Positions 9,251-19,570 of a stretch of 64,000 nucleotides of DNA are shown in pieces. Location: NCBI GenBank assembly GCA_964291405.2, contig OZ219926.1, positions 4,768,001 through 4,832,000 on the forward strand, read 5' to 3'. Below the pieces are notes generated by a model that was given only the letters and a program-made list of their open reading frames with translations, had not been told where the DNA came from and did no database searches. Origin of the DNA: Thermodesulfobacteriota bacterium. GTDB lineage: Bacteria; Desulfobacterota; Binatia; Bin18. The number at the start of each line of letters is the position of its first letter. Position 1 is the first letter of the stretch. Position numbers and translations under genes: made by a program.

Positions 9251-10525
9251 ATGGCGACTGAAGTAATCATGCCGCGTATGAGCGACACTATGGAGGAAGG
9301 GAAGATCCTCAAGTGGCTCAAAAAGGTTGGGGACCGGATTGAGGTCGGCGATATTATTGCCGAGGTGGAAACCGATAAGGCCGACATGGAAATGGAGGCC
9401 CTGGACGACGGCTTTCTGACTGAGATTCGAGCCCAGGAGGGCGAGTCTGTTCCGGTTGGAGGGGTGATTGCTCTGTTGGGAGAAGAGGCTGAAGTTGGAG
9501 TTGCTCCAACGCCACCGGCTCGAACGGCAAGCCCATCCGTACCAACTCCACCTGCTGAGAGGAGGGCGGATGCCAAAGCGAGTCCGCCGGCAGCCAAGAA
9601 GGTCCGGAAAATTCGTGAAGCCGCACCAAAGAAGCTGCCGGCCCGAAAAAAAAACGAGCGGATTCTCGCCTCGCCCATTGTCCGGAAAATTGCGGCGGAG
9701 CGCGGTATTGAACTCGCCAAGGTGCGGGGCAGTGGGCCGGGCGGCCGAATCATCAAACAGGACCTTGAAGGTGCTGAGGCCATCCCGGTGGCGGCTGAAT
9801 TGAAGACCTCGCCGGCCTCCTCGCCAGTAGCCACCACGCCAACCGGCAGGGTAGAGCCGTTCTCTCGGATGCGGGCGACGATTGCCAAACGTATGGCGGA
9901 CAGTATGCGGGAGGCGCCGCATTTTTATGTCACCGCTGAGATTGATATGTCCGAGGCGGTTCGCCTGCGGACCTCGTTGAAGCTGAGCGACCGGGTGAGC
10001 GCCGAGGTGACCTATACTCACTTATTGGTCAAGGCGGTCGCGGTTGCGTTGGGACGCCACCCACGGGTGAATGCGTCCTTTACCGGTGACGGGCGGGAAC
10101 TCAAGGATGAGGTCAATATCGGGATTGCGGTTGCCCTTGATGATGGCTTGATTGTGCCAGTGCTGCACGACTGTCAGGCGCTGTCGCTGCTGGACATCGC
10201 CGCTCGGGCCAATGCGCTGGTGGAACGGGCACGGACGGGCAAGCCGACGACGCAGGACCTCTCTGGAGGGACCTTTACCATTTCCAATTTGGGCATGTAT
10301 CCTGTGGAGCACTTTACTGCGGTAATTAATCCGCCCCAGGCCGCGATTCTGGCGACGAGTGCCATTAAAGAGCGCCCTACGGTCAGAGACGGGCAGGTGG
10401 TCATCTCGCGGACCATGATGGCAACGTTGTCGTGCGATCACCGGGTACTGGACGGGGCGACGGGCGCACAGTTTCTCCAAGAATTGAAAAATTTACTCGA
10501 AAATCCCGTGGGTCTAATGGTGTAA
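9251..10525 (+). CDS. pdhC: Pyruvate/2-oxoacid dehydrogenase E2, dihydrolipoamide acyltransferase
   Basis: Lipoyl domain ETDKA, E3-binding ASP..GSGPGGRI, catalytic DHRVLDG. Confidence 0.9.
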   Translation: MATEVIMPRMSDTMEEGKILKWLKKVGDRIEVGDIIAEVETDKADMEMEALDDGFLTEIRAQEGESVPVGGVIALLGEEAEVGVAPTPPARTASPSVPTPPAERRADAKASPPAAKKVRKIREAAPKKLPARKKNERILASPIVRKIAAERGIELAKVRGSGPGGRIIKQDLEGAEAIPVAAELKTSPASSPVATTPTGRVEPFSRMRATIAKRMADSMREAPHFYVTAEIDMSEAVRLRTSLKLSDRVSAEVTYTHLLVKAVAVALGRHPRVNASFTGDGRELKDEVNIGIAVALDDGLIVPVLHDCQALSLLDIAARANALVERARTGKPTTQDLSGGTFTISNLGMYPVEHFTAVINPPQAAILATSAIKERPTVRDGQVVISRTMMATLSCDHRVLDGATGAQFLQELKNLLENPVGLMV

Positions 10526-10534
10526 AGGAGAGCA

Positions 10535-11920
10535 ATGGAACGCTACGACTTGGTGGTAATTGGAGCAGGCCCTGGGGGCTATGTCGCGGCTATTCGGGCC
10601 GCTCAGCTTGGCCTAAATGTCGCGGTCGTAGAGAAAGACCAGCCTGGTGGGGTGTGCCTGAACTGGGGCTGTATTCCGTCCAAGGCCATTCTGACCTCGG
10701 CGGAGATGTATGAGGACCTCAAACATGGGGAGCACTACGGTATTAAGGTGAGTGGGTTGTCTTTTGATTATCCCCAGGTCATTAAGCGTTCGCGCCAAGT
10801 TGCCGGCCGACTGGCCAAAGGGGTGGAATACCTGCTCAAAAAGAACAAGGTACCGCTCCTCAAGGGAACGGGCCGGTTGGAGGGCAACAATCGCGTGGTG
10901 ATCGAAGGTCAGGAGACGCAGCAGATCGAAGCCGAGCGTATTTTGATTGCCACCGGTTCCCGCGAACGAACGCTGCCCGGCCTTGAGGTTGATGGCAAGC
11001 AAGTCCTTACCAGTTATGAGGCATTGACGGAGCAAACCATTCCCGAATCCATCGTTATCATCGGTGGTGGGGCGATTGGGGTGGAATTCGCCTATATCTA
11101 CGGCACGTTTGGCAGCCGGGTGACGGTTGTTGAGATGGAAAAGCAACTCCTGCCTGGGATCGATGCCGAAATCGCCAAAGAACTGGAACGCGCGTTTAAG
11201 AAAAAGGGCATCGAGGTCCTGACCCAGACCATGTTTCACAGTCTGGAAAAATATCCGGGCCGGGTTGAGGTCAACCTGGATAGCAGCGGCACCCTCAAGG
11301 AGCGCACGGCCAATAAAGTCCTGGTGGCTGTCGGTCGGGCGCCGATTAGTGCCGAGCTTGGTCTGGAAGAAGCTGGTGTCGGGATTGAGCGGGGCTATGT
11401 GCAGGTCAACGAGCAAATGCAGACCGCTAATACGGCAGTCTATGCGATCGGTGATGTGAACGGGCCACCGCTTCTGGCCCATGCCGCCTCAGAAGAAGGC
11501 ATTGCCGCGGTCGAATACATAACGGGTGAACGGGAGAAAGGGCTGGATTCATCTCGCATCCCGGCCTGTATCTATTGTCAGCCGCAGGTGGCGGTCTTTG
11601 GGCTGAGCGAAGAGCAGGCCCAGGCGCAGGGTCATGAGGTCAAAGTCGGGCGATTCCCGTTCCGTGCTCTGGGCAAGGCGCTGGCTGCCGGTCATGACGA
11701 AGGTCTGGTCAAGCTGGTGGTTGATAAAGAATATGGTGAGATCCTGGGTTGTCACATCGTTGGGCGCGGTGCGACCGACCTCATTGCCGAGGTTGGTCTC
11801 GCCCGGACGCTGGAAGCGACCACGGCTGAGCTGAGCGAGACGGTTCATGCCCATCCGACATTGTCGGAAGCGATTATGGAAGCTGCACTGGACGCTGAAG
11901 GACGGGGCATTAATTTTTAG
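10535..11920 (+). CDS. lpdA: Dihydrolipoamide dehydrogenase
   Basis: GAGPGGY, GGVCLNWGCIPSK and HPTLSE. Confidence 0.96.
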   Translation: MERYDLVVIGAGPGGYVAAIRAAQLGLNVAVVEKDQPGGVCLNWGCIPSKAILTSAEMYEDLKHGEHYGIKVSGLSFDYPQVIKRSRQVAGRLAKGVEYLLKKNKVPLLKGTGRLEGNNRVVIEGQETQQIEAERILIATGSRERTLPGLEVDGKQVLTSYEALTEQTIPESIVIIGGGAIGVEFAYIYGTFGSRVTVVEMEKQLLPGIDAEIAKELERAFKKKGIEVLTQTMFHSLEKYPGRVEVNLDSSGTLKERTANKVLVAVGRAPISAELGLEEAGVGIERGYVQVNEQMQTANTAVYAIGDVNGPPLLAHAASEEGIAAVEYITGEREKGLDSSRIPACIYCQPQVAVFGLSEEQAQAQGHEVKVGRFPFRALGKALAAGHDEGLVKLVVDKEYGEILGCHIVGRGATDLIAEVGLARTLEATTAELSETVHAHPTLSEAIMEAALDAEGRGINF

Positions 11921-11944
11921 GGCAGCCTGGTTCGAGCAGGTCGA

Positions 11945-12637
11945 ATGAAACTCGCGTGTATAACCCCTGGCTTGGTGGACTACGCTGCCGCACTGGCATG
12001 GCAGCAGGCGCTGGTCGCACAACGGATCGCTGCTGAGATTCCGGACTCTCTCGTCCTGCTCGAACACCCGCCCGTGTTTACCTTAGGCCGGGGAGGCGAC
12101 GAGAGATATCTGCTCGACCCTGGTCAGGTACCGGTCCACCGCGTCGGTCGTGGCGGGGAGGTAACGTTTCATGGGCCGGGCCAGTTGGTCGGCTATCCCA
12201 TTCTGGACCTGAAGCCGCATGGCAAGGATGTCCATCGTTATCTGCGTCTGCTTGAAGACGTTGTCATAGCCACGCTTGCCGTATGGGGCATTGCTGCGAA
12301 TCGAAGAGACGGCCTCACCGGTGTGTGGGTAGGAACTGATAAAATCGCTTCAATCGGCATTGGTGTCCGGCGCTGGGTCACGTTTCACGGCTTTGCTCTG
12401 AACGTGAATCCTGAGCTGTCGTATTTCTCTGCCATTGTCCCCTGCGGGCTGCCCGGCGTGCGCATGACGTCCATGCAGGAATTATTGAAGGAAGAACTCC
12501 CGCTCGATACAGTGCAATCAACGATTGTCCAAAGCTTTGCTCGGACATTTGGTCATCAGGAGATCGTATGGAACACGAGCTTGCAGGCGCCCGTTCTCAA
12601 GCCTCCTCTAACAGAGCGTCCGACAACCGTCCCGTAA
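11945..12637 (+). CDS. lipB: Octanoyltransferase
   Basis: EHPPVFTLG, RGGEVTFHGPGQLVGYP, HGFALNV and PCG. Confidence 0.95.
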   Translation: MKLACITPGLVDYAAALAWQQALVAQRIAAEIPDSLVLLEHPPVFTLGRGGDERYLLDPGQVPVHRVGRGGEVTFHGPGQLVGYPILDLKPHGKDVHRYLRLLEDVVIATLAVWGIAANRRDGLTGVWVGTDKIASIGIGVRRWVTFHGFALNVNPELSYFSAIVPCGLPGVRMTSMQELLKEELPLDTVQSTIVQSFARTFGHQEIVWNTSLQAPVLKPPLTERPTTVP

Positions 12638-13482
12638 AGCGTCGCCATCCGGACTGGATTAAAGTCCGCATGCCCGCCGGTCCGGGCTATACGCAGACCA
12701 AAGCGATTGTCTCGACGTTCAAGCTCAATACGGTTTGCCAGGAAGCCCAGTGTCCCAATATTGGTGAATGCTGGGGACACGGGACGGCGACGTTTATGCT
12801 CATGGGCGACGTGTGTACCCGTAACTGCCGGTTCTGCGCGGTCAATCATGGCCGCATGGTTGCCCTTGACCCCGGAGAGCCCCGCCGTGTGGCTGAGGCG
12901 GCCCGAAAAATGAACCTCTCACATATTGTCGTTACGTCTGTCAACAGAGACGACCTACCGGACGGTGGAGCCCAACATTTTGCCGAGACCGTGCATGCGA
13001 TCAAGCACCTGAACCCCGACTGTACGATCGAAGTGCTGACCCCCGATTTTCAGGGAAATGAAGCTGCGGTTGCCACGGTTGCCGCATCGCCGATCGAAAT
13101 TTTCAACCATAATACCGAGAGTGTGCCGCGGTTGTATAAGCGCGTTCGCCCAGGGGCGAAGTACGAGCGCTCCCTCCGTGTCCTGGAGAAAGCCAAAGCC
13201 GTTCGCGCGAATCTGAAAACCAAAACCGGCATCATGCTCGGCCTGGGCGAGACCTATGAAGAACTCCTGACCGTCTTCGGCGATCTGCGAGCGGTGGAGT
13301 GCGATATCCTGACGCTCGGGCAGTATCTCCAACCGTCGAAGGACCAACTCCCGGTCGAACGCTACGTCCATCCGGATGAGTTCAAAGCCCTAAGGGAAGA
13401 GGCGCTGAGTCTGGGTTTCCGTCATGTCGAGTCCGGCCCGCTGGTGCGCAGTTCCTACCACGCCTGGAAACACGTCGAATAG
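12568..13482 (+). CDS. lipA: Lipoyl synthase
   Basis: CQEAQCPNIGEC, CTRNCRFC and VRSSYH. Confidence 0.96.
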   Translation: MEHELAGARSQASSNRASDNRPVKRRHPDWIKVRMPAGPGYTQTKAIVSTFKLNTVCQEAQCPNIGECWGHGTATFMLMGDVCTRNCRFCAVNHGRMVALDPGEPRRVAEAARKMNLSHIVVTSVNRDDLPDGGAQHFAETVHAIKHLNPDCTIEVLTPDFQGNEAAVATVAASPIEIFNHNTESVPRLYKRVRPGAKYERSLRVLEKAKAVRANLKTKTGIMLGLGETYEELLTVFGDLRAVECDILTLGQYLQPSKDQLPVERYVHPDEFKALREEALSLGFRHVESGPLVRSSYHAWKHVE

Positions 13483-13631
13483 CCCAGCTCTCCCAGGTAA
13501 GTCCCTTTCAATAATTTCCATCAATAAATCAGCACCTTACGGTTCATATTGAACCCGATACTCGACCCTCTTCAAAAATTGTACGGCTCGCTAAGTTGTG
13601 TTAGGATGGTCTTGGTTGATGAGCCGCCCAT

Positions 13632-16600
13632 GTGGTGGGGTGGTGGTTGGAGGTGGTTGTGGTGTTGCATATCAGGGCGGCAGTCCGTCTGCTGCGATTG
13701 GCTGGAGAGCAGGGGAGACCTATCGTCCCCCTGGGTGTGAAAAGTCATCAGCACGATTCGGCATTCCGGGCTGAGAAACAGGGCCGGGATCATTCGGCCA
13801 GAGAGGTGACGGCGCGGCGCGCCTCATCCTTACTCCCTTCAATTAACATATTCGTCCTTATCCGTCCGTTGCTACGTGCGTGGCTGCTGGGGGGGCTCCT
13901 GCTACTGGGTGGGGCCGTCCACGCCCAGGAAATAGAGACTGAGTCAGATGCGAACCAGGCACCAGTGGTGGAATATCAGCTGTTTACCGAGTGGCTACGA
14001 ATGGGAGTGTCGGAGGTGGTGCCGGTAGGGTATGCGTTCAGTGATCCGGACGACGACCCGTTGACGTATGGGGCAATCGTGAAATCCGGCGATACGGTCG
14101 TCGAAGTAGAGAGCGTAACGGATGACGACGTGACGCTCAAGCCAAAGGCCATCGGCACGGCGACCATTACCGTAACGGCGACCGACACGGATGGGTTAAG
14201 CGTATCACAGGATTTCACGGTGCAGGTCACGCGGAACTATGACGCTGACGATGACAGACTAATCGAAATCACAACCCTGGCCCAGCTTGACGCCATACGC
14301 CATGACCTGGATGGGGACGGCAGCCCGGCATACGGTGAGGACACGGCGTATGCCGAGGCGTTCCCGGACGGGGGAGTGACCGAGAGGGGCGGACTCTCCT
14401 GTAGCAGCCGCTGTGCAGGATACGAATTGACGGCGAACCTCGACTTTGACACCGACGGGGATGGCGTTGCCGGTACAGGCGACACCTACTGGAACGAGGG
14501 CGCTGGCTGGATGCCTATTGGCACGTTCTCGGCGACCTTCGACGGTAATGGACACACCATCAGCAACCTGTTTATCAATCGGGAAGACGCTTTCTCATCG
14601 GGATACTCCGTGGGATTATTCGACCAGATCGACTCGCCCAGTGTGCTGCGCAACGTCGAGCTGATTGATGTCGATGTAACGGGCGGAAAGTTCATCGTTG
14701 GTGGGCTGGTCGGAACGATCAACAGTGGCGGCAGCATCACGGCCAGCTATGTCACCGGTCGGGTGGTGGGCATGCACAATATAGCCGGTGGGCTGGTCGG
14801 AACGATTAACAGTGGCGGCAGCGTCTCCGCCAGCTATTTCACCGGGCACGTGCAGGGGATGGGCACCGCAGTCGGCGGGCTGGCCGGAACAAGCAGCGGC
14901 AGCATCACCGCCAGCTATGCCACCGGCCAGGTGGTGGCGAATTCTCATGCCGGCGGGCTGGTCGGCATAAGCAGCGGCAGTATCACCAAGAGCTATGCCA
15001 CTGCCTGTGTAGAGGGGAGTAGTAACGATGCCGGCGGGCTGGTCGGAGAGAACAGGGGCAGCATCACGGCCAGCTATGCCACCGGGTCCGTAGCAAGCAG
15101 GATCGATGCCGGCGGGCTGGTCGGGAGCAACGTTAGCGCGCTCGGTACGGGCAGCATCACGGCCAGCTATGCCACCGGGTCCGTGGCAGGAAGGACCAAT
15201 GCCGGCGGCCTGGTCGGGCGCAACGTCGGGAAGGACGCTGAGGATAACGCTATCGAGGGGACCATCACCGCCAGCTATTGGGATACGGAGACCTCCGGGA
15301 TGTCCGTGGGAGTCGGAACGGACGATGCAGACAACAACGGCAGCATTGACGGTACGGAATCGCAAACAGCCGGCGCGGAAGGAAAGACCTCGGCACAGTT
15401 GCAGGAGCCCACGGACTACACCGGTATTTATGACACCTGGGACGACAGAGACCTGGACGGCGACAGCACTAACGACGCTCCTTGGGATTTTGGAGAAGAC
15501 GACGAATATCCGGTGCTGCTAGTGGATTTCGACGGGGACGAGACGGCGACCTGGGAGGAGTTCGGCTATCAGTTTCGGGAAGCTATGGAGCTAACGGCGA
15601 CGATGCCCGAAGGCGTGGCTCAGGTGGACTTGGCGTGGACCGGGGTGACGGTAACTCACTGGGACCCTGCGCCAAACGTGACTTACCTCCTCTCACGCGA
15701 CGACGGGACTACCGCCGAGACCCTGTCGGAGAACACAGAGGCAGGAGACTACTCCGACCTCAGCGTGACTCCCGGCTCCACCTATACCTATCGGATAGCA
15801 GTTTTCGTGATAGGGAGCGAAGTGGCATGCACCGGAGTCAGTGTCGCCATACCTGCAGACGCGAACCGGCATCCGCAGGCGGTAGGGACGTTGGCAAACC
15901 AGACGCTGCGAGTGGGACAGACTCCGAAGGACGTGCCTGTAGCGACCGCATTTCAAGACCCGGATAACGACACACTGGAATACGAGGCAACCTCGGGCAA
16001 CGAGACAATCGTCACAGTGAGCGTGACGGGGTCTACGGTGACGCTCACGCCTGTGGCCGTTGGTGGTCCGGTGACCATCACCGTAACGGCGACTGATACG
16101 GGTGGATTGAGTGCGACACAGTCGTTTACGGTGACCGTTACGAACCCACCGCCACCACGGCCACCGGACACGGGTACGAACACGGAGACAGAACCAGAGC
16201 CACAGACGCCGGACACGGGTACGAACACGGAGACAGAACCAGAGCCACAGACGCCGAGCAATCCTCCGAATAACACCGGTCCCCCGGGGGGCGGCTCCCC
16301 CGGTACTGTGGGTAGTACTGCTAGCCGGGCCTCTGACCAGCGCTCGCTGGTCGGGTTTTTCGAGAACCCGGAGCGGGTTTCCCCCCAAAGTGGCATTGGG
16401 GTTATCTCGGGTTGGGTGTGTGAGGCCGACAAGGTCGAGATCGAGATCAGGACCGAGAGTGGTGACACGAAGCGATACGTGGCGGGCTACGGGACAGAGC
16501 GGCTGGACACGGAGAAAGCTTGTGGGGACACGGACAACGGCTTTGGGTTGTTATTCAACTGGAACCGGTTAGGCAATGGAAGGCATAGAGTCATAGCGCG

Positions 16601-17228
16601 AGTGGATGGGATGATGTTAGGCCGCTCCACCGTGCGGGTGACGATGCCGGATAAGGATGAGGAGATGCTGACGGGCGTTCAGGGTACGTGCGAGGCGACG
16701 AGCTTTCCGAGTCCGGGCGAAACGGCCACCCTGATCTGGCAGGAGTCGCTCCAGAACTTTGTGATCGTGGAGGGCGAGGCTCCCGCCGGCACCAACCATG
16801 CCGGATCGATGGACGTGGGATTTTTAGAGAATCCGGGCCCCAATTCGTTTCAGAGTGGTCTTGGGGTCATCTCGGGCTGGGTGTGTGAGTCTGACGAGGT
16901 GTTGATCAAGATTGGGGACTTTGATCCGCAGCTGGCGGCGTCCGGGACGGAGCGGTTGGATACCGAAGAGCATTGTGGGGACACGGACAACGGCTTTGGG
17001 TTGTTATTCAACTGGAACCGGCTGGAGGATGGTGAACATACCGTGGTCGCGCTGGTCGATGGTGAAGAACTCGGCCGGGCTACGGTGCAGGTGACGACCT
17101 TAGGATACGAGTTCGTAGAGGACGCAGTTGGTGAGTGTGAGGCAGAGGACTTCCCGAGTCAGGACAAAATGGTCACCCTGACATGGCAGGAATCGCTCCA
17201 GAACTTTGTGATCACCGCTGTGGAGTGA
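13632..17228 (+). CDS. Large secreted/surface protein with cadherin/Ig-like domains, GLUG repeats, an FN3-like domain, a Pro/Thr linker and a duplicated C-terminal domain
   Basis: FSDPDDDPLTY...ITVTATD (x2), GGLVG.N.GSI.ASYATG repeats and two ENP..SG.GVISGWVCE units. A signal-peptide-like segment ends AVHA-Q. The true start is uncertain. Confidence 0.8.
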   Translation: MVGWWLEVVVVLHIRAAVRLLRLAGEQGRPIVPLGVKSHQHDSAFRAEKQGRDHSAREVTARRASSLLPSINIFVLIRPLLRAWLLGGLLLLGGAVHAQEIETESDANQAPVVEYQLFTEWLRMGVSEVVPVGYAFSDPDDDPLTYGAIVKSGDTVVEVESVTDDDVTLKPKAIGTATITVTATDTDGLSVSQDFTVQVTRNYDADDDRLIEITTLAQLDAIRHDLDGDGSPAYGEDTAYAEAFPDGGVTERGGLSCSSRCAGYELTANLDFDTDGDGVAGTGDTYWNEGAGWMPIGTFSATFDGNGHTISNLFINREDAFSSGYSVGLFDQIDSPSVLRNVELIDVDVTGGKFIVGGLVGTINSGGSITASYVTGRVVGMHNIAGGLVGTINSGGSVSASYFTGHVQGMGTAVGGLAGTSSGSITASYATGQVVANSHAGGLVGISSGSITKSYATACVEGSSNDAGGLVGENRGSITASYATGSVASRIDAGGLVGSNVSALGTGSITASYATGSVAGRTNAGGLVGRNVGKDAEDNAIEGTITASYWDTETSGMSVGVGTDDADNNGSIDGTESQTAGAEGKTSAQLQEPTDYTGIYDTWDDRDLDGDSTNDAPWDFGEDDEYPVLLVDFDGDETATWEEFGYQFREAMELTATMPEGVAQVDLAWTGVTVTHWDPAPNVTYLLSRDDGTTAETLSENTEAGDYSDLSVTPGSTYTYRIAVFVIGSEVACTGVSVAIPADANRHPQAVGTLANQTLRVGQTPKDVPVATAFQDPDNDTLEYEATSGNETIVTVSVTGSTVTLTPVAVGGPVTITVTATDTGGLSATQSFTVTVTNPPPPRPPDTGTNTETEPEPQTPDTGTNTETEPEPQTPSNPPNNTGPPGGGSPGTVGSTASRASDQRSLVGFFENPERVSPQSGIGVISGWVCEADKVEIEIRTESGDTKRYVAGYGTERLDTEKACGDTDNGFGLLFNWNRLGNGRHRVIARVDGMMLGRSTVRVTMPDKDEEMLTGVQGTCEATSFPSPGETATLIWQESLQNFVIVEGEAPAGTNHAGSMDVGFLENPGPNSFQSGLGVISGWVCESDEVLIKIGDFDPQLAASGTERLDTEEHCGDTDNGFGLLFNWNRLEDGEHTVVALVDGEELGRATVQVTTLGYEFVEDAVGECEAEDFPSQDKMVTLTWQESLQNFVITAVE
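16164..16253 (+). repeat. Perfect 45-bp tandem duplication (PDTGTNTETEPEPQT x2)
   Basis: ccggacacgggtacgaacacggagacagaaccagagccacagacg occurs at 16164 and 16209. Confidence 0.95.
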
Positions 17229-17257
17229 GGACGGTGGCCGACAAGTGGACTACATCT

Positions 17258-17521
17258 TTACTCGAAATGCGTCCACAGCCGAATAATTTTGATAACTTTC
17301 TCTCTGCGGTAAACTTGGTAGACAATGCGGTGTTGGATATTGATTCTTCGTGAGTAGAGCCCGGCGAGATCACCAACAAGTTTTTCAAACGGGGGAGGGG
17401 TTCTTAACGGATCTTTTTCGAGAAGAGCCAGAAGTGGCTGGACTTTGTTCTTTAATCCACTGGCAGCGATCTTTGTGGCATCTTTTAACGCTTGTTTCGT
17501 ATAGACCAGCCTCCAACTCAC
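17258..17521 (-). CDS. yoeB: Txe/YoeB family toxin
   Basis: PPPFEKLVGDLAGLYSRRINIQHRIVY and a C-terminal WTH; 4-bp overlap with the antitoxin. Confidence 0.9.
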   Translation of the reverse strand: MSWRLVYTKQALKDATKIAASGLKNKVQPLLALLEKDPLRTPPPFEKLVGDLAGLYSRRINIQHRIVYQVYRREKVIKIIRLWTHFE

Positions 17522-17760
17522 CAGTCCAACTCCTCGTCACATTCTTCAAGAGGGGCAGCCATCCCCTCACGCAGCGACTCACGCATTCCTGGCATTGAAA
17601 GCAGAAATAAGGTCTCTTGTACTGCAGCCCAATCTTCTTCGGAAAGGAGCACCGCATTATTCCGTTTGCTCGTGATGAGAATTGGTTCGTGAGAATGCGC
17701 TGTTGCGTCAATGAGCCGATAGAGATTTGCTCGTGCCTCACTTGCGGTTCTGCTCTCCAT
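17518..17760 (-). CDS. yefM: Phd/YefM family antitoxin
   Basis: TASEARANLYRLID...NAVLLSEEDW..QETL.LLS.PGMRES; 80 aa from the ATG at 17760. Confidence 0.9.
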   Translation of the reverse strand: MESRTASEARANLYRLIDATAHSHEPILITSKRNNAVLLSEEDWAAVQETLFLLSMPGMRESLREGMAAPLEECDEELDW

Positions 17761-17848
17761 AATGGTATCCCCGGTGTCAGTCTGTATTTTCTGAAGCGTA
17801 CGAAATACGGTACGCTTTGTCAAGTTGAGAAGGGATGGAGGCAAATCC

Positions 17849-18799
17849 ATGACACTCCCCAGCAAAGTTAAAATCGTCGATCTGACCGCCAGAGATGGTT
17901 TGGAAGGCTTCAAGCATTTGATCCCGGTGGATTTCCGGATTGAGTTGGTCGACCGGCTCTCCTCTGCCGGGTTTCCAGCTATTGAGGTGGGAGAGTTCGT
18001 GAGCCCCAAGGTCATTCCAGCCATGCAGGGCTCGGACCAGGTTGCCCAACAGATCGAGCCGAAACCGGGGGTGGAGTATAGCGCGCTTGTGCCGAATATG
18101 CGGGGCTTTAACGACGCGCTTAAAGCCGGGGTGAGTGTCATTACGATTTTTGGTGCGGCCACTGAGCAGTTCAGTCAGGCCAATATCAACTGCTCGATTG
18201 AAGAAAGCTTCGGACGTTTTGAGCCGGTTGTTGCCGCGGCAAAAGAACATCATGTCAAAGTGCGTGGCGCGGTCTCTTGCGTTGCCGGCTGTCCGTATGA
18301 AGGTGATGTCGACCCTCAAGCAGTCGGCAGGCTGGTCAAGAGATTCCACGCTATGGGCTGTTACGAAATCGCCCTTGGCGACAGCATTGGGGTAGGAACC
18401 CCGCGGTCGATCAAAGCTCTTATCCAGGCCTGTGAAGACCAGGGTGTCCCCGCCTCTGTCTTAACCGCGCATTTTCACAATACCTGCGGGATGGCGCTGG
18501 CCAACTGCTACGCAGCCATGGAAATGGGTGTGTCCATTCTTGAGAGTGCCTGCGGCGGGCTGGGTGGATGCCCGAATGCTCCGGGTGCAACGGGCAATCT
18601 GTCCTCAGAAGAGTTGGTCTATATGCTGAACGGTCTTGGGATTGAGACTGGGGTGGATCTCGACCGGGCCGTGGCCATAGGCAAGTGGGCCACGGAGGCG
18701 ATGAATCACCGGCTCGATTCAAAGCTGGGCGAGGCCATGACCAACCCCAATATGACCTATTTTGAGAAGGTCGTCCGTGAGCCGCAGGCTCCGGCCTAG
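17849..18799 (+). CDS. Hydroxymethylglutaryl-CoA lyase family (DRE-TIM metallolyase)
   Basis: RDGL, FVSPK, HFHNT, GGLGGCP.APGATGN; RBS GGAGG. Confidence 0.88.
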   Translation: MTLPSKVKIVDLTARDGLEGFKHLIPVDFRIELVDRLSSAGFPAIEVGEFVSPKVIPAMQGSDQVAQQIEPKPGVEYSALVPNMRGFNDALKAGVSVITIFGAATEQFSQANINCSIEESFGRFEPVVAAAKEHHVKVRGAVSCVAGCPYEGDVDPQAVGRLVKRFHAMGCYEIALGDSIGVGTPRSIKALIQACEDQGVPASVLTAHFHNTCGMALANCYAAMEMGVSILESACGGLGGCPNAPGATGNLSSEELVYMLNGLGIETGVDLDRAVAIGKWATEAMNHRLDSKLGEAMTNPNMTYFEKVVREPQAPA

Positions 18800-18970
18800 C
18801 GCGCCGGTATAACCCTGGTGCTTGAAACGAACGGTCCTGCCGACCGGCGGCGGGTTGTCCCGCTCCGCGTCGGAAAAACCTGATGACGACGATGGGCGCA
18901 GCCGTAGGTGCCGCTTCTATATTATATACCGCCCCTTGCTGTGTAGTATCACTATTGATATTCATTCCCT

Positions 18971-19219
18971 GTGGCGGATACTAGGATACTCCTCAAGGCG
19001 TTCCGCACCAATCCCAAAGGGGTACGGTTCGCTGACCTCGCCAAGGTGTGTGATGCATACTTCGGGGAACCGCGTCAGAAGGGCACGAGCCATCGAATCT
19101 ACCGCACTCCTTGGCCGGATGACCCAAGGGTGAATATTCAGAACGTCAAAGGGATGGCAAAACCCTATCAAGTTCGCCAAGTCCTCAAAGCGATTGAAAA
19201 ATTGGAGGGCATGAAATGA
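18971..19219 (+). CDS. HicA-like toxin
   Basis: NPKGVRFADL..FGEPRQ.GTSH..KPYQVRQ; overlaps a HicB-like gene. Confidence 0.8.
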   Translation: MADTRILLKAFRTNPKGVRFADLAKVCDAYFGEPRQKGTSHRIYRTPWPDDPRVNIQNVKGMAKPYQVRQVLKAIEKLEGMK

Positions 19220-19545
19220 CGACTCATTATACGTACCGCATTACGTGGTCCATCGAAGACAATGCCCACGTTGGTCTGTGTGCAGAATTCCCCTCATTAA
19301 GCTGGCTGGCATCTACTCCGGCGAAGGCTTTGAGCGGTATCCAGCGGTTGGTGCGTGCCTGTATCGCCGACATGCAAAACACCGGGGAAACGCCGCCAGT
19401 GCCATTGGCTGACCGGACCTATAGCGGAAAGTTTGTGGTGCGCGTGCCTCCGGAAACGCACCGCGCCCTCGCCATACGGGCAGCAGAGGAGGGAGTGAGT
19501 CTGAACCGACTGGTGAGCGCGCGCCTCGCCAAGGGCGCTATGTGA
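19216..19545 (+). CDS. hicB: HicB family antitoxin
   Basis: HVGLCAEFPSLSW and YSGKFVVRVPPETHRALA...GVSLN. Confidence 0.88.
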   Translation: MTTHYTYRITWSIEDNAHVGLCAEFPSLSWLASTPAKALSGIQRLVRACIADMQNTGETPPVPLADRTYSGKFVVRVPPETHRALAIRAAEEGVSLNRLVSARLAKGAM

Positions 19546-19570
19546 TTGAGTCAGATCACACCCCTCCTGT

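Noticed and set aside
9251-13482. E2-E3-lipB-lipA cluster without E1 genes
   Set aside because: Split dehydrogenase operons are common; E1 is probably elsewhere in the genome.
17761-18162. Long N-terminal extension on the YefM antitoxin in the ORF track (214 aa)
   Set aside because: It is antisense to the HMG-CoA lyase gene; the real antitoxin is the last 80 aa.
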